Notes: generated by a model not told the origin, from the letters alone. A stretch of 64,000 nucleotides of DNA from Verrucomicrobiaceae bacterium (GCA_051252135.1 JBPOGH010000007.1:64001-128000); one strand, 5' to 3'; shown: positions 46,340 through 56,813, numbered from the stretch's first letter. Program-made: numbers and translations.

Positions 46340-48043
46340 TTAGCGGCGGGCTCGGGGAATTTTGTTGCTGCTGGGGTCTTTTCCGAAGAGGAGAGAGTTT
46401 GGTTTGTCGGCGATCTCAGTGGTCATCCGGTCGATGGAGCGGATGGCAGCGCGGAGTTCGTCCATGGTGCGACGGAGATCGCCGTAGACGTTTCCATCGG
46501 CTGCGAGAGGCTTGAGTGATTCGTTGACCTGGGCGAGAGTTTGGCGGAGGTCTCCACTGAGGGCTTTGGTATCATCTGTGGAGAGGATGGTGTTGATGGA
46601 CTCCATCGTTTTGGTCATTTCCTTGAGAGTGGTCTGGGCATCGGCGACGACGCCCTTGCTAGAGACCATGGCCCGGTTGACGTTTCCGAGGACGCGGGTG
46701 GCTTCATCGGAGGTGTCGCCCACTTTGGCGAGAAGTGATTCGATCTCGAGTTGATTGAGCTTGTCGAGGAGGGCGAGGACCTTGTCCTGCAGGCTCTCAA
46801 GTCCGGTGTGAATGGTGGGCAGAACGAGGCGATCGCCCCGGGTTTCGATTTTAGCGATGGGTGCGTCGGGGTAGTAGTCGAGATCGACGTAGAGTTGTCC
46901 GGTGATCAGGCTGCTATTTTTGAGGGAAGCGCGGAGGCCTTTTTTGAGGGCGTTCTCGAATCCTCCCGCGCCTTCGTCCAGGAGGCTGGGGGGGAAGTGG
47001 GTAGCAAGGAGGCGGGTATCGAGCTGAACGAGGACAGGGATTTCCTCGATGTCGATTCCTTCGACCAGGCTGTAGGAGATTTTTCCAACCCGACCCACGC
47101 GGAGACCGCGGAACTCGACGGGCGAGCCTTCTTTGAGGCCGCGAAGGGATTGGTCGAGGAGGAGAAGGAATTCCACGCCACCCCGGAAGGTGCTGTTTTC
47201 AGCTGATTCCTTGCTGGGATACAAGTTGACCGAGCTTAAATCGTCGATGGGCTCACCCAGATTCATGCCCACGGGTGTTCCCATGGTGATGCGGCCGGCG
47301 ACAAAGGACTCGAGGGAAGGGAATTCGAGGTCAAAACCTTCCGCGCCCACATGGAGGGAGATTCCACTGGAGCGCCAAAATAAGGCGGAATCGGTGACGA
47401 GTTCACGGAATTGGTCTTCGATGAAGACTCCGAATTCGACGGTCTGGGTTTCAGCCTTGAAGGTGCGGCTTTCCACCTTTCCGATCTGAGTTTCCTTGAA
47501 GTAGATGCCACTTCCAATGTCGATGGAACCGGGTTCCTTGGCTGAGAGGGTGAGTCGGAGGCCGGGGACCGAGTTGGGTGTTAGGGGAGGTGTTTCGAGT
47601 CCGGTAAAATGGCGTGCGGTCTCTGTGCTGAGGCCGGGGTCCAGCTCGATATAGGCACCGCTGAGGAGGGTGTTGAGACCGGAAACGGAGGCTCCCTGAA
47701 CCCGTGGCTTGACGACCCAGAACTGGGAGTCTTCACGAACAAGGTGAAGGTGGGTGGGCATGATCCGCAGAGCGATTTGAACCTGAAGGGAGTCGGTGAG
47801 GGCCACTTTTTCGACAACTCCAATTTTGACGTTGCGGCATTTGACCTCTGTTTTTCCTTCGGTGATTCCCTCGGCGTTTTCAAAGCTCAGGGTGACAATT
47901 TCTCCCTGTTCATCGTAGTTTCTTTTAACGAGCCAAGCGCCGAGAAAAAGGGCGATGATGGGAATGATCCAGACACGATTAAAGCGGCTGATCGGTTTGA
48001 CAGCGGGGTGGGTGTCGGTTGGTTCCGGTTCTTCGTTGATCAT
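46340..48043 (-). CDS. pqiB: PqiB MCE-domain protein
   Basis: VWIIP, three MCE domains, SQFWVVKPR, TLLSGAYI, LITGQLYVDL. Confidence 0.93.
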   Translation of the reverse strand: MINEEPEPTDTHPAVKPISRFNRVWIIPIIALFLGAWLVKRNYDEQGEIVTLSFENAEGITEGKTEVKCRNVKIGVVEKVALTDSLQVQIALRIMPTHLHLVREDSQFWVVKPRVQGASVSGLNTLLSGAYIELDPGLSTETARHFTGLETPPLTPNSVPGLRLTLSAKEPGSIDIGSGIYFKETQIGKVESRTFKAETQTVEFGVFIEDQFRELVTDSALFWRSSGISLHVGAEGFDLEFPSLESFVAGRITMGTPVGMNLGEPIDDLSSVNLYPSKESAENSTFRGGVEFLLLLDQSLRGLKEGSPVEFRGLRVGRVGKISYSLVEGIDIEEIPVLVQLDTRLLATHFPPSLLDEGAGGFENALKKGLRASLKNSSLITGQLYVDLDYYPDAPIAKIETRGDRLVLPTIHTGLESLQDKVLALLDKLNQLEIESLLAKVGDTSDEATRVLGNVNRAMVSSKGVVADAQTTLKEMTKTMESINTILSTDDTKALSGDLRQTLAQVNESLKPLAADGNVYGDLRRTMDELRAAIRSIDRMTTEIADKPNSLLFGKDPSSNKIPRARR

Positions 48044-48047
48044 CAAT

Positions 48048-48671
48048 TCAGGAGGGGTGGTTGGACTGGCGGTCCCAGATTAAGCGGGGGTCGAAGGCGT
48101 GTGCGGCGAGCATGGTAAGAATCACCATGAGGCCAAATGCAACGGCTGCGGAGCCCTGGTGGATGGACATCAGGTTGCCCATTTGAATCAGGCCGACAAG
48201 GATGGCGACGACAAAAACATCGACCATGGACCAGCGGCCGACAAGTTCGGTAATCCAATAGAGTTTATTGGCGGTGCGGGGGTTCATGTTGATCCGGCCG
48301 GAAGCGGCGGCGCAAAGGAACCCCAAGGAGAGAAATTTGAGCCCGGGGATCATCACGCTGGCGATGAAGATAATGATGGCGACGGGGTAGGCCTGCATTC
48401 GCCAGAAGGTGGCGACGCCGCCCAAAATGGTGGATTGTTCGGTCGCTCCCAGTTGGGTCACTACCATGATGGGCATCAGATTGGCGGGAATGTAGGCAAT
48501 GACGCCGGCGATGCCATAGGCGAGACATCGCTGGACGCTGGCTTCCTTGCGCGGGTGGAGAGGAGTCCGGCAGCGAGGGCACTGGTGTAGGGCGGCGTCA
48601 GTCAGCTTTTGGCAGGTGTGACAGGTGGCGAGATTTTCGTCCAAGGCCCGGGGGAATGATGGAGGGGTCAT
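48048..48671 (-). CDS. pqiA: Paraquat-inducible protein A (C-terminal-half type)
   Basis: CHTC..CPRC, YIPAN, GRWSMVDVF, FDPRLIWD. Confidence 0.9.
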   Translation of the reverse strand: MTPPSFPRALDENLATCHTCQKLTDAALHQCPRCRTPLHPRKEASVQRCLAYGIAGVIAYIPANLMPIMVVTQLGATEQSTILGGVATFWRMQAYPVAIIIFIASVMIPGLKFLSLGFLCAAASGRINMNPRTANKLYWITELVGRWSMVDVFVVAILVGLIQMGNLMSIHQGSAAVAFGLMVILTMLAAHAFDPRLIWDRQSNHPS

Positions 48672-49330
48672 GAGGAAGATCCGGGGTTGCGGGCGACTTC
48701 CAGACGGTCCCAAAGTTCGTTGCGATCGATGCCAGCGAGTGATCCGGCGAGGCAGATCATGAGAGCGGCAACGGCCCAGAAGCCAAGTCCAAGTTCGATA
48801 TCAGCGAGTTTGACCAGTTTCAGGAGGCTGACGATGGCTCCGAGGAAAAACACCTCGACCATGACCCACGATTGGAGGTGTTGGAAGAGTCGCATGATTT
48901 CAATCGAGCCGGGAAGGGCTTTACCGAAAAGGAGAGGGATGCAGAGGTAGAGCAGGGTACCCAGCATAATCAGCGGGAGGGATAGAACGAAGAGGGAGAC
49001 GCTGGCTGCGGCGAAGGTGCCCCCGGTTTGCCAAAGCTGCATCACGGCTCCGGGGATGGAAATGGAACTGCGGTTTCCCTGGACATCCATGGTGAGGAAG
49101 GGGAATTGGAGAACGAGTGCCATCAGGCAGAGGGCGGTGATGCCGAAGGCAACGGTCCGGTGAAGGCTGTTCGGGCGATTCCGGTAGATGATTTGGTCGC
49201 ATCGGCGGCAGTGGGCGGCGAGCCCTTCATCCAGCAAATGAAAGTCGTGGAGGGTGTCGCAGAAGTGGCAGGCGACGCGCGGATTGTCTTCCGCAACGCG
49301 AGGCCAAGTCGATGTGTGGTGGTGGTTCAA
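48668..49330 (-). CDS. pqiA: Paraquat-inducible protein A (N-terminal-half type)
   Basis: CHFCD..CRRC, WVMVEVF..G..VSL.KL. Confidence 0.88.
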   Translation of the reverse strand: MNHHHTSTWPRVAEDNPRVACHFCDTLHDFHLLDEGLAAHCRRCDQIIYRNRPNSLHRTVAFGITALCLMALVLQFPFLTMDVQGNRSSISIPGAVMQLWQTGGTFAAASVSLFVLSLPLIMLGTLLYLCIPLLFGKALPGSIEIMRLFQHLQSWVMVEVFFLGAIVSLLKLVKLADIELGLGFWAVAALMICLAGSLAGIDRNELWDRLEVARNPGSSS

Positions 49331-49436
49331 TCTGTTGGTGAACTTTGATCTGGGACCACGCTAGCAGAGTGGTAGGGGGGGAGAAGAACTCAATTATGGG
49401 ATCAACAGGCCCCGGTTCGAGGGTTGGGAGAGGGAT

Positions 49437-51098
49437 TTAATCGTCGGTAAGCAGGATTTTCCAGACCAGAATTAAGCCGCCGACAAAGGCAAAAGAGAAG
49501 AGGATGAGGGCGAACAGGGGGTAGCCGGCGAGGGTCCAGGAGCTTTCGATATTCATCATCATGGCGGCGCCGATAACGAGGGAGGCAATGATGAGGCCTG
49601 CGGTGATGCGGTTGGCAATTTTTTGGAAGCTGCGGATGAGGAGTTTTTCATCGATTGTTTCCACGGAGATCCTGAGATCGTTTCCAGCAATCAGATCGAG
49701 AACCTGATTGGTTTTGGAAGGGAGGTCGGCGACGAGATCGCGGAAGTCGCGGGCGGTGGTTAGGATGGTCCCAAGGGAGAAATGTTCTTTGACCTGCTCT
49801 TCAAGCAAGGCGGTGCTTTTTTCGCGAATTGCGGCGGCAGGATCGTAGGATGAATCGAGACTGTCGGCGACGAGATCGAGATTGAGGAGAGTTTTACCGA
49901 GTAAAAGGATGGCTTCGGGGATGCGGAGATGGTGATCGGCGCAGAGCTTGGTGACCCGCATCACGAGTTGACCGATGTTCATGTCTCCCACATTTCCCTC
50001 CACTTCATCGGAGACCAGTTGGGAAACGGCGATGAGAAATTCGTTGCGATCAAATCCTTCCTGCGGCGATCCCATGCGGATCGCGCAGTTCCCGACGGCC
50101 CGGCCCTTCTTTTCGCTGAGAGCGATGAGGAAGTGTGCCAGGGTTTCACGGGTGAGTTCGTCGACGCGACCCACCATGCCCAGATCAATCAGGCCCACGC
50201 GGCGATCTTCGGTGATGAGGACGTTTCCGGGGTGGGGGTCGGCGTGGAAGCTTCCGAGAATCAGAATTTGGTAGAGGTAAGAATGGAAAAGTTCGTCGGC
50301 GAGAGAAGAGCCGTCGATTTCACTCAGGACGACACCGGAGAGGCTGGTGACGGGGTTTCCCTGAAGGTAGTCCATGGTAAGAACGCGGCCGGAGCATAGG
50401 TCGGGAATGGTGCGGGGAACGACGATCTTGGGGAAACGGTCCAACTCGGTTCGGAAGAGCTCGAGATTCCGTGCCTCGAGGGTGTAGTCGAGTTCACGAA
50501 GGATGCTTTCCCGAAGTTCCTCCACCATTTTGGAGACGTTGTATCGCTCTCCCATTTCAGTGTGTTCCTGAAGGAAATCTGCGATTGAGGAGAGGGCGGA
50601 GAGGTCATTGCTGACTCTTTCGCGAATTTGAGGTCGCTGGATTTTTACGACAACCTCCCGTCCGTCGCGGAGCTGTGCCCGATGGACCTGTCCGAGGGAG
50701 GCACTGGCGAGGGGCGTTTCGTCGAATGAAGAGAAGGCTTTTGAGATGCGAATACCGAGTTCTCCTTCGAGAATGGGCGCGAGATCTTGAAAATCGACAG
50801 GAGCAACGTTGTCCTGGAGGCGCTCGAGGCTCTCCAGGTAGGGCTGTTGCAGGAGGTCGGCGCGGGTGGAGAGAAGCTGTCCGATCTTAACGAAGGTTGG
50901 GCCCATTTTCTCGAGGTCCTCGGCGAGATCATCTGCTTGTCCCTTTTTGACGAGGAGTTCTTCCTCGCTGAAATGTTCGAGGACGCCTGGAATCCGTGTC
51001 ATCTCGTCCCGACCATATTTGAGGAACAGGAGGGCGATATCCTTATAAGTTTTCAGTTGGCCTGCGGTAAATGGGAGGAAGGAATCGATCACGCTCAT
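49437..51098 (-). CDS. AarF/UbiB (ABC1) family kinase
   Basis: GPTFVKIGQ.LSTR, ASASLGQVH, KIQRP, HADPHPGN, IDLGMVG. Confidence 0.93.
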   Translation of the reverse strand: MSVIDSFLPFTAGQLKTYKDIALLFLKYGRDEMTRIPGVLEHFSEEELLVKKGQADDLAEDLEKMGPTFVKIGQLLSTRADLLQQPYLESLERLQDNVAPVDFQDLAPILEGELGIRISKAFSSFDETPLASASLGQVHRAQLRDGREVVVKIQRPQIRERVSNDLSALSSIADFLQEHTEMGERYNVSKMVEELRESILRELDYTLEARNLELFRTELDRFPKIVVPRTIPDLCSGRVLTMDYLQGNPVTSLSGVVLSEIDGSSLADELFHSYLYQILILGSFHADPHPGNVLITEDRRVGLIDLGMVGRVDELTRETLAHFLIALSEKKGRAVGNCAIRMGSPQEGFDRNEFLIAVSQLVSDEVEGNVGDMNIGQLVMRVTKLCADHHLRIPEAILLLGKTLLNLDLVADSLDSSYDPAAAIREKSTALLEEQVKEHFSLGTILTTARDFRDLVADLPSKTNQVLDLIAGNDLRISVETIDEKLLIRSFQKIANRITAGLIIASLVIGAAMMMNIESSWTLAGYPLFALILFSFAFVGGLILVWKILLTDD

Positions 51099-51113
51099 AG
51101 TAGGATTTAAAAT

Positions 51114-51129
51114 TGCAGGCATCATGCCA
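51114..51129 (-). promoter_or_regulatory. Sigma-54 promoter of the ABC1 kinase gene
   Basis: TGGCATGATGCCTGCA (GG-N10-GC). Confidence 0.75.
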
Positions 51130-51307
51130 CGTCAGGGAATGGTGCCAGTGCTACAATTTGTCCGGACCGGGATTGCAAAATGACAAGGCTGCCAAATCCA
51201 AGGGGAGCGAAACGCACGATTTGTAGAATTCCTGCTGCTTATGAGTAGATGCGATTTCAGTGCGGAACCCTATACGAATCAAGGGTTTTGAGGGCCGGGT
51301 GTGTTCA

Positions 51308-51323
51308 TGGAGCACATTGTGCA
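51308..51323 (+). promoter_or_regulatory. Sigma-54 promoter of the DUF1328 gene
   Basis: TGGAGCACATTGTGCA (GG-N10-GC). Confidence 0.7.
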
Positions 51324-51356
51324 ACTGAGGAGGGGCAACCAAAACCAACTAATATT

Positions 51357-51512
51357 ATGTTAAGAACAGCAATTACATTCTTCGTCATCGCCCTGATCGC
51401 CATCCTCCTTGGAGCTGGTGGTGTGGGTTCACTCGCAATGAACATTGGATATGTCCTCGCAGTGATCGGGGTGATTCTTTTCGTTGTGAATGCTCTGACT
51501 GGAAAACGATAA
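51357..51512 (+). CDS. DUF1328 small membrane protein
   Basis: MLRTAITFFVIALIAILLGAGGVG... Confidence 0.88.
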   Translation: MLRTAITFFVIALIAILLGAGGVGSLAMNIGYVLAVIGVILFVVNALTGKR

Positions 51513-51600
51513 CTTTTTCAGATCATGTCATCCAATTGATGGCAATGTCGACCGATCAAGCCTCTTGCGAGGTGAGGTCGGTCGCATTTTATGTTGAGCA

Positions 51601-52479
51601 ATGAAAACATACCTCCGATCCCTGTGGCTGGCGGGACAGCAGTTTACAGAACATCAGGCGCTCCGACTCGGTGCCGCTCTGGCATTTTACTCTATTTTTT
51701 CGATTGGGCCTCTGGTGATTATCGTGCTCTCGATCTCAGGGGGCGTTTTCGGAGAAGAAGCGGTGAGGGGGCAACTGGAGAGGCAGCTTGACGGGTTGAT
51801 GGGGGAAAGGGCGGCCGGGACGGTCGAGGATCTTGTGGCGAGTGCGAAGAAGGAGCCGGATGACAGCCTAATGGGTTTGATCGGAGGAGTGGTCCTTGTG
51901 TTTGGAGCGAGCGGGGTTTTCAACCAGTTAAAAGATGCCTTGAACACGGTGTGGGGAGTTCGGCGGATATCGGGTGGTGCGGTGTGGGGGTTTTTGAAGG
52001 ACCGGTTTCTTTCATTTTCGATGGTTTTGGGAATCGGGTTTCTCTTGCTTGTTTCAATGATTTTGACGACGGCGCTTTACAGTTTCACCGATCTTTTGGG
52101 GAGGGTGTTGGCTTTGCCGGCGGAGGTGTGGCGGAGTGTGAGCTTTTTGATTTCTTTTGCAGTGGTCACGTTGCTTTTTGCGATGATTTTCAAAGTTTTG
52201 CCGGATGCGAAAATATCGTGGCGGGACGTATGGGTGGGAGCTGCGACGACGTCCCTGTTGTTTTCAGTGGGAAAATCGGGGGTTGCCCTTTACTTGAGCC
52301 GGGAGGCCACGGGATCGGCCTACGGAGCCGCAGGTGCCCTTGTTGTCTTATTGATGTGGGTTTACTTTGCGTCGGTCATCGTCCTTTTTGGGGCCGAATT
52401 TACGAGGGTGTGGGCGAGGGCGCGGGGGAGGACGATTTTACCAAGGAAAAACTATGAAAGAATCCCGCTATTGAACTGA
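51601..52479 (+). CDS. YihY/BrkB-family membrane protein
   Basis: GAALAFYSIFS, ALNTVW, FKVLPD, YGAAG.LVV.L.WVY. Confidence 0.92.
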   Translation: MKTYLRSLWLAGQQFTEHQALRLGAALAFYSIFSIGPLVIIVLSISGGVFGEEAVRGQLERQLDGLMGERAAGTVEDLVASAKKEPDDSLMGLIGGVVLVFGASGVFNQLKDALNTVWGVRRISGGAVWGFLKDRFLSFSMVLGIGFLLLVSMILTTALYSFTDLLGRVLALPAEVWRSVSFLISFAVVTLLFAMIFKVLPDAKISWRDVWVGAATTSLLFSVGKSGVALYLSREATGSAYGAAGALVVLLMWVYFASVIVLFGAEFTRVWARARGRTILPRKNYERIPLLN

Positions 52480-52501
52480 GCGAGAAAAAAAGTTAAGATG
52501 T

Positions 52502-52517
52502 CGGCACATTTCGAGCA
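52502..52517 (+). promoter_or_regulatory. Candidate sigma-54 promoter of the response regulator
   Basis: CGGCACATTTCGAGCA (GG-N10-GC). Confidence 0.55.
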
Positions 52518-52531
52518 GAACCTTATGTGAA

Positions 52532-53119
52532 ATGCAGACTTCCGCAGTCCAGTCTTCTGAAAAGAAACTCCTCATTGTCGATGATGAGGAGTTGCTGCGG
52601 ACCGTTTTTTCCCTCGCCCTCCGATCTGATAGGGTGACCACCTGCGAGGCGGGTGACGGCCACGAGGCGCTTAATATGCTGCGTAATCAGGATTATGATC
52701 TGGTGCTTCTGGATTTGCGAATGCCTGGTCCGAGTGGACTTGATGTGCTGAAAAGGATGCGGCAATTGGGTGATTTTACCCCGGTGATCATTGTGAGCGC
52801 GTTCATTCCCGGCAGTGCAGTAATCCGTGCCATTTCACAGGGTGTGACGACTTTTGCGGGAAAGCCGATGACGCTGACCTATCTCCGTCGAATGGTGGAG
52901 AACCAGCTGAGTCGCTCGCAACATGGCGAGATGGAACGCGCCAAGCGTTGTGCCGAGCAGATGGACTTTTCAGGAGCCTTGGCCGAGCTGCCAGATGGAC
53001 GTGATGCGGAAATCTGGAGGAAGATTTTTGAAGGCCTGGCGGAAGGGAAATCGCCAAGAGAGTTGAGTCATTTGGAGCGCAAGGCGGAGAGTTTGGTGAC
53101 ATTGCAACCCGCTCTCTAA
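52532..53119 (+). CDS. Response regulator (receiver domain plus short helical tail)
   Basis: LIVDDE, LLDLRMP, VSA, KP. Confidence 0.9.
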   Translation: MQTSAVQSSEKKLLIVDDEELLRTVFSLALRSDRVTTCEAGDGHEALNMLRNQDYDLVLLDLRMPGPSGLDVLKRMRQLGDFTPVIIVSAFIPGSAVIRAISQGVTTFAGKPMTLTYLRRMVENQLSRSQHGEMERAKRCAEQMDFSGALAELPDGRDAEIWRKIFEGLAEGKSPRELSHLERKAESLVTLQPAL

Positions 53120-53188
53120 AATTGCAAAACGCGCCATTTTGGTTGGGGTGCCAGATTGAGATTCCTGTAAAAAAGGGGGAATCGGGGC

Positions 53189-53204
53189 TGGCGCGCGACC
53201 TGCG
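53189..53204 (+). promoter_or_regulatory. Sigma-54 promoter of the small lipoprotein gene
   Basis: TGGCGCGCGACCTGCG (GG-N10-GC). Confidence 0.65.
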
Positions 53205-53218
53205 ATTACCAAGGTCCT

Positions 53219-53386
53219 ATGAAAATATCGAAATCACTGAAGGTCCTTGTCCTCCCAATCTCCGCTGCGGCGATGTTCCTGCTGACCAGCTGTGAAAAGA
53301 AGGGACCGGCAGAAAAAGCCGGAGAAAAAATTGACGAGGCTGCTGAAGAGGTAGCCGACGAAATCGATGATGCTACGACGAACTAA
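53219..53386 (+). CDS. Small lipoprotein (55 aa)
   Basis: Not in the ORF track. Manual translation MKISKSLKVLVLPISAAAMFLLTSCEKKGPAEKAGEKIDEAAEEVADEIDDATTN; lipobox LTSC; followed by a terminator. Confidence 0.8.
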   Translation: MKISKSLKVLVLPISAAAMFLLTSCEKKGPAEKAGEKIDEAAEEVADEIDDATTN

Positions 53387-53412
53387 CCATTTTTGAACTT
53401 TTTGCCATGATC

Positions 53413-53447
53413 AGGCCTGCACTCCGTTCCGGGGTGCGGGCCTTTTT
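53413..53447 (+). terminator. Intrinsic terminator
   Basis: aggcctgcactcc...ggggtgcgggcct followed by a T-run. Confidence 0.75.
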
Positions 53448-55017
53448 AGTTATCGGTTCTACGGTCCAACTCTTCGTGAGCCCTAGCCAACATTGAGCGA
53501 AGAATTTTTGGGGTCGGGGGTTTGGCGAGGTGTTCATCGAAGCCGGCCTCGATGCTCTTATCGACATGGTGTGGCTGAGTGTGACCCGAGAGGGCGACGA
53601 GGTAGGGCCGATTGGCGATGGGATAACTCCCGTGAACTTTTTCAGCGATGTCCCAGCCACTCAGATGCCCGGGAAGGGTGAGATCGGAAAGCAGGACAGC
53701 CGGGGTGTTTTCCTCCAATGCTTTCAGGCAGGAATCCCCATCCTTGGCAATTTGAACAGAGTGCCCATCCAACTCGAGGAACATTTGCAGTGATAGGGCG
53801 ACACTTTCGTTGTCTTCGACCAAGAGAATTTGAAGTGCTTTGGTGGTCTTCATTTTGGAATCGGTTTTCACTGGGGCTGATACAGGTGGATTGATCTTTG
53901 GGAGGCTGATCTGAAAGGTTGTTCCCTTGCCAAGGCCCGCGCTCTGCACGGAAACGTGACCTTGATGTAATTCGGTAAGCTTTTGGATCACCGCGAGTCC
54001 GAGTCCAAGGCCTGCGGTACTCAACTGCCGAGCTCCGAGTCCCTGTTCGAAGGGTTCAAAAACGCGGTTGATTTCCGCGGTGCTCATCCCGATGCCACTA
54101 TCGGTTACGCTGATGATGATTCTTCCATCGGTGGAAGTGACCGAGATTTCAATTTTTCCCCGAGGGTCGGTGAATTTAATCGAGTTATTGATCAGGTTGG
54201 TCAGGCACTGGGCGAGGCGAACGTCATCGCCATCGATCCAGAGTTCTTCGGGATAGGGAGTAGTGGTCAGCACCAGTCCTTTTTCTTCGGCGGCTTCGCG
54301 GTTATCCTCGCAGCAGTCAATCACGAGGCGGTTGATTTCGAGGGGGCAAGTGATCAGGCGGAGTTTGCCGGAGGTGAGGCGGGAGATATCGAGGGTGTCA
54401 TCAACGAGGCGGCTCAGGTGGAAGATTTGCCTCCCCAGGAGTTCAAAGGCTTTTTCGTGCTGATCATTGGCAATTTGGTCCCGTGACAGGACTTCGAAGC
54501 TGGTAGCTAAAGCAGCGAGGGGATTCCGGAGTTCATGGCCCAGCATGGCAATGAATTCATCCTTTTGATCAGAAGCCCGCCGGAGCTGGATTTCCATCTC
54601 CTTTTGTTCGTGGATATTGGTTGTCACTCCGTACCACTTAACGATTTCGTTCGTTTGATTGCGGACGGGAACGGCCCGGGTGGAGAACCATTTGTAGTCT
54701 CCATTGGCAGCGCGCATGCGGAATTTTTCTTCGAATACCTCTCCGGTTGAGACCGCGGCCATCCAGTTGCGTGTCAGTTCATCGAGGTCGTCCGGGTGAA
54801 TCCGTTTTTCCCAATTTAGGAAATCGGGGTCGTCGGGCCGGATGCCGCCGAAGAGTCCCCACTGGGTGTTGAAATAGTCGACGATGCCATCCGGAGTGGT
54901 GGTAAAAACGATTTCAGGGAGTGCTTCAGCAAGGTGGCGAAAGTTGTCCACTCCCAAAAGATTTGGATCCGGAGGGGCCTCCACAAATTGTGTTGTTGGC
55001 TTGGTCTCGTCTTCCAT
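53446..55017 (-). CDS. Cytoplasmic hybrid histidine kinase (PAS-HisKA-HATPase-REC)
   Basis: PAS with IHPDD, GHELRNPL, NLINNSIKFT, DSGIG, GLGLGL, C-terminal LVEDN..SDLTLP..KP. Confidence 0.93.
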   Translation of the reverse strand: MEDETKPTTQFVEAPPDPNLLGVDNFRHLAEALPEIVFTTTPDGIVDYFNTQWGLFGGIRPDDPDFLNWEKRIHPDDLDELTRNWMAAVSTGEVFEEKFRMRAANGDYKWFSTRAVPVRNQTNEIVKWYGVTTNIHEQKEMEIQLRRASDQKDEFIAMLGHELRNPLAALATSFEVLSRDQIANDQHEKAFELLGRQIFHLSRLVDDTLDISRLTSGKLRLITCPLEINRLVIDCCEDNREAAEEKGLVLTTTPYPEELWIDGDDVRLAQCLTNLINNSIKFTDPRGKIEISVTSTDGRIIISVTDSGIGMSTAEINRVFEPFEQGLGARQLSTAGLGLGLAVIQKLTELHQGHVSVQSAGLGKGTTFQISLPKINPPVSAPVKTDSKMKTTKALQILLVEDNESVALSLQMFLELDGHSVQIAKDGDSCLKALEENTPAVLLSDLTLPGHLSGWDIAEKVHGSYPIANRPYLVALSGHTQPHHVDKSIEAGFDEHLAKPPTPKILRSMLARAHEELDRRTDN

Positions 55018-55175
55018 CGGAGAAGTTTCGAAGCGGGAACCTTATTTTGCAACCATGGAAAGCAGGGAGAAAGTGAAACGCAGGTTGGCTGCGATCTGCT
55101 TTCAGATAGTGCAATATGCACAGTTTTGGTGAGCGGGATAGGGCGGAACCCTTGTAGGGAGAAGGATGTGGGGGG

Positions 55176-55191
55176 TGGAACGTGACGTGCA
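55176..55191 (+). promoter_or_regulatory. Sigma-54 promoter of the ElaB-like/AI-2E unit
   Basis: TGGAACGTGACGTGCA (GG-N10-GC); perfect palindrome GTGCA-ATA-TGCAC at 55109-55121 upstream. Confidence 0.75.
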
Positions 55192-55201
55192 CATAGATTT
55201 T

Positions 55202-55579
55202 ATGATGAATACACCACTTAAAGAAAAAACGAAACCGATGTTGGACAAGGTGACCGAGTATACCGAAGAGGCCAAGACGAAGAGCTCCGAGTTCATCGAT
55301 GAGAAAACGAGTATTCTGGGCGAGCATCTAGAAACAGCCAACGAAAAGGCAGCGAGGCTCAAAGAGCGTGCGGAGCAAGGTTACGAACGGAAAGTTTCTC
55401 CGGCGATCGACACCGCTCAAGTGAACCTCGCAGGCGCTTCGCGATATCTGCAGGAGAGCTCGGTTGATGACTATATCCGCGATGCGGAAGACTTTGCGCG
55501 ACGTCATCCCCGGATCACTGTAGGAATCACAATGTTGATCGGATGGAAGCTCGGGCGTCTCCTGAAATTTGGCAAATAG
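55202..55579 (+). CDS. ElaB/YqjD (DUF883)-like C-tail-anchored protein
   Basis: Charged helical body ending in EDFARRHP...VGITMLIGWKLGRLLK. Confidence 0.7.
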   Translation: MMNTPLKEKTKPMLDKVTEYTEEAKTKSSEFIDEKTSILGEHLETANEKAARLKERAEQGYERKVSPAIDTAQVNLAGASRYLQESSVDDYIRDAEDFARRHPRITVGITMLIGWKLGRLLKFGK

Positions 55580-55580
55580 G

Positions 55581-56813
55581 ATGAAGGAGAATGCCCATGA
55601 AGTGAGCGCATCCCGAACCTATCGCGGACAGGCAGTTCAACGATTTTGTATCGTTGGACTGTTTGTTTTCGCATTGATCGGATTTTTGGTCGTCAGCCGG
55701 CCGGTTCTTTTACCGGTGATACTGGCGCTGATCCTGATGTTGATCCTGAAGCCTTTGCATCTGATGCTCAGGAAGTGGTTCAGGATACCCTCGACGCTGG
55801 CGGCGTCACTCATTGTGGGGTTGGTGACCGGAGGGCTGGTGGCAGGTGGCTACTTTTTGGCAGAGCCGGCGTCGCGGTATATGAAAGAGGTGGGGAAGAA
55901 AGATGTTCAAGAGCGGCTCAGGCACGTTTTTTCTCCTATTCAGGAAATTCATGCGGACATTGTGGAGGTTGCGGAAAAGGTGGATGATTTGGCCGATAAG
56001 CCGGTCATGAAGGAGGAGGAATCCGAAGACGTCCCGGAAGGGGAGGAGGAAGGAGAGACAAAGGTTACCATTGAATCCAATCCGGAGGAGAACGAGGTGA
56101 CGACCGAGGTGACGTCGCCCATTAAGGCCGAGAAATCAGGTGGGTCGGTCCGGGTTCAGATTAAGGAAGATTCGGTAGGGGCATTCTATGTCGCGCTGAA
56201 AGATTTTGGTTTTTATATTTTGGCAACATTGGTTTTGCTGCTGTTTCTTTTGGCCTATGGCGAGGAGATGTCCAAGCGGATGGGTGAGGTGAGAGGGACT
56301 CCGGAGTTTCTTCTGGAGATCGAGAAAGAAGTGTCGGGATATTTGTTTACGATCTCGGCAATCAACCTGAGCCTGGGAACCGCAATCGGGTTGGGGTTGT
56401 GGTTGCTGGGAGTGCCCAACCCGATTCTGTGGGGAGTGATGGCGGCACTTTTGAACTTCATTCCGTATGCCGGGGCCTTGATTGGGGCCGGAGTGGTGAC
56501 TCTCGTATCGGCGATGGAGTTTCAGACTCCGGGGATGACTTTGGCGGGCGGAGCGCTCTATCTGGTGCTTTCAACATTGGAGGGGAATGTCATCACGCCG
56601 GCGGTGATTGGGCGACGCTTTGAAATCAACCCCATCATTGTGTTTGTATGGGTTCTCGCGTGGGCTGCGATATGGGGGCTAGCGGGGATGTTGATCGGTT
56701 TGCCGCTGCTCATCATCTTCCGAATCCTGTGCACCCAGCTGCCATCTCTTTCACGGGTAGAACGGGCGATCACGGTGCGAAGGCATCCGGTGCGAAAGTA
56801 CCCCGTGAGGTGA
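55581..56813 (+). CDS. AI-2E-family transporter
   Basis: LLNFIPYAG, EGNVITP..IG....INP, WG..G..I..P; acidic periplasmic loop. Confidence 0.9.
   Translation: MKENAHEVSASRTYRGQAVQRFCIVGLFVFALIGFLVVSRPVLLPVILALILMLILKPLHLMLRKWFRIPSTLAASLIVGLVTGGLVAGGYFLAEPASRYMKEVGKKDVQERLRHVFSPIQEIHADIVEVAEKVDDLADKPVMKEEESEDVPEGEEEGETKVTIESNPEENEVTTEVTSPIKAEKSGGSVRVQIKEDSVGAFYVALKDFGFYILATLVLLLFLLAYGEEMSKRMGEVRGTPEFLLEIEKEVSGYLFTISAINLSLGTAIGLGLWLLGVPNPILWGVMAALLNFIPYAGALIGAGVVTLVSAMEFQTPGMTLAGGALYLVLSTLEGNVITPAVIGRRFEINPIIVFVWVLAWAAIWGLAGMLIGLPLLIIFRILCTQLPSLSRVERAITVRRHPVRKYPVR

Noticed and set aside
48048..49330. Frameshifted pqiA pseudogene
   Set aside because: Both halves are intact and overlap at ATGA; split pqiA is common.
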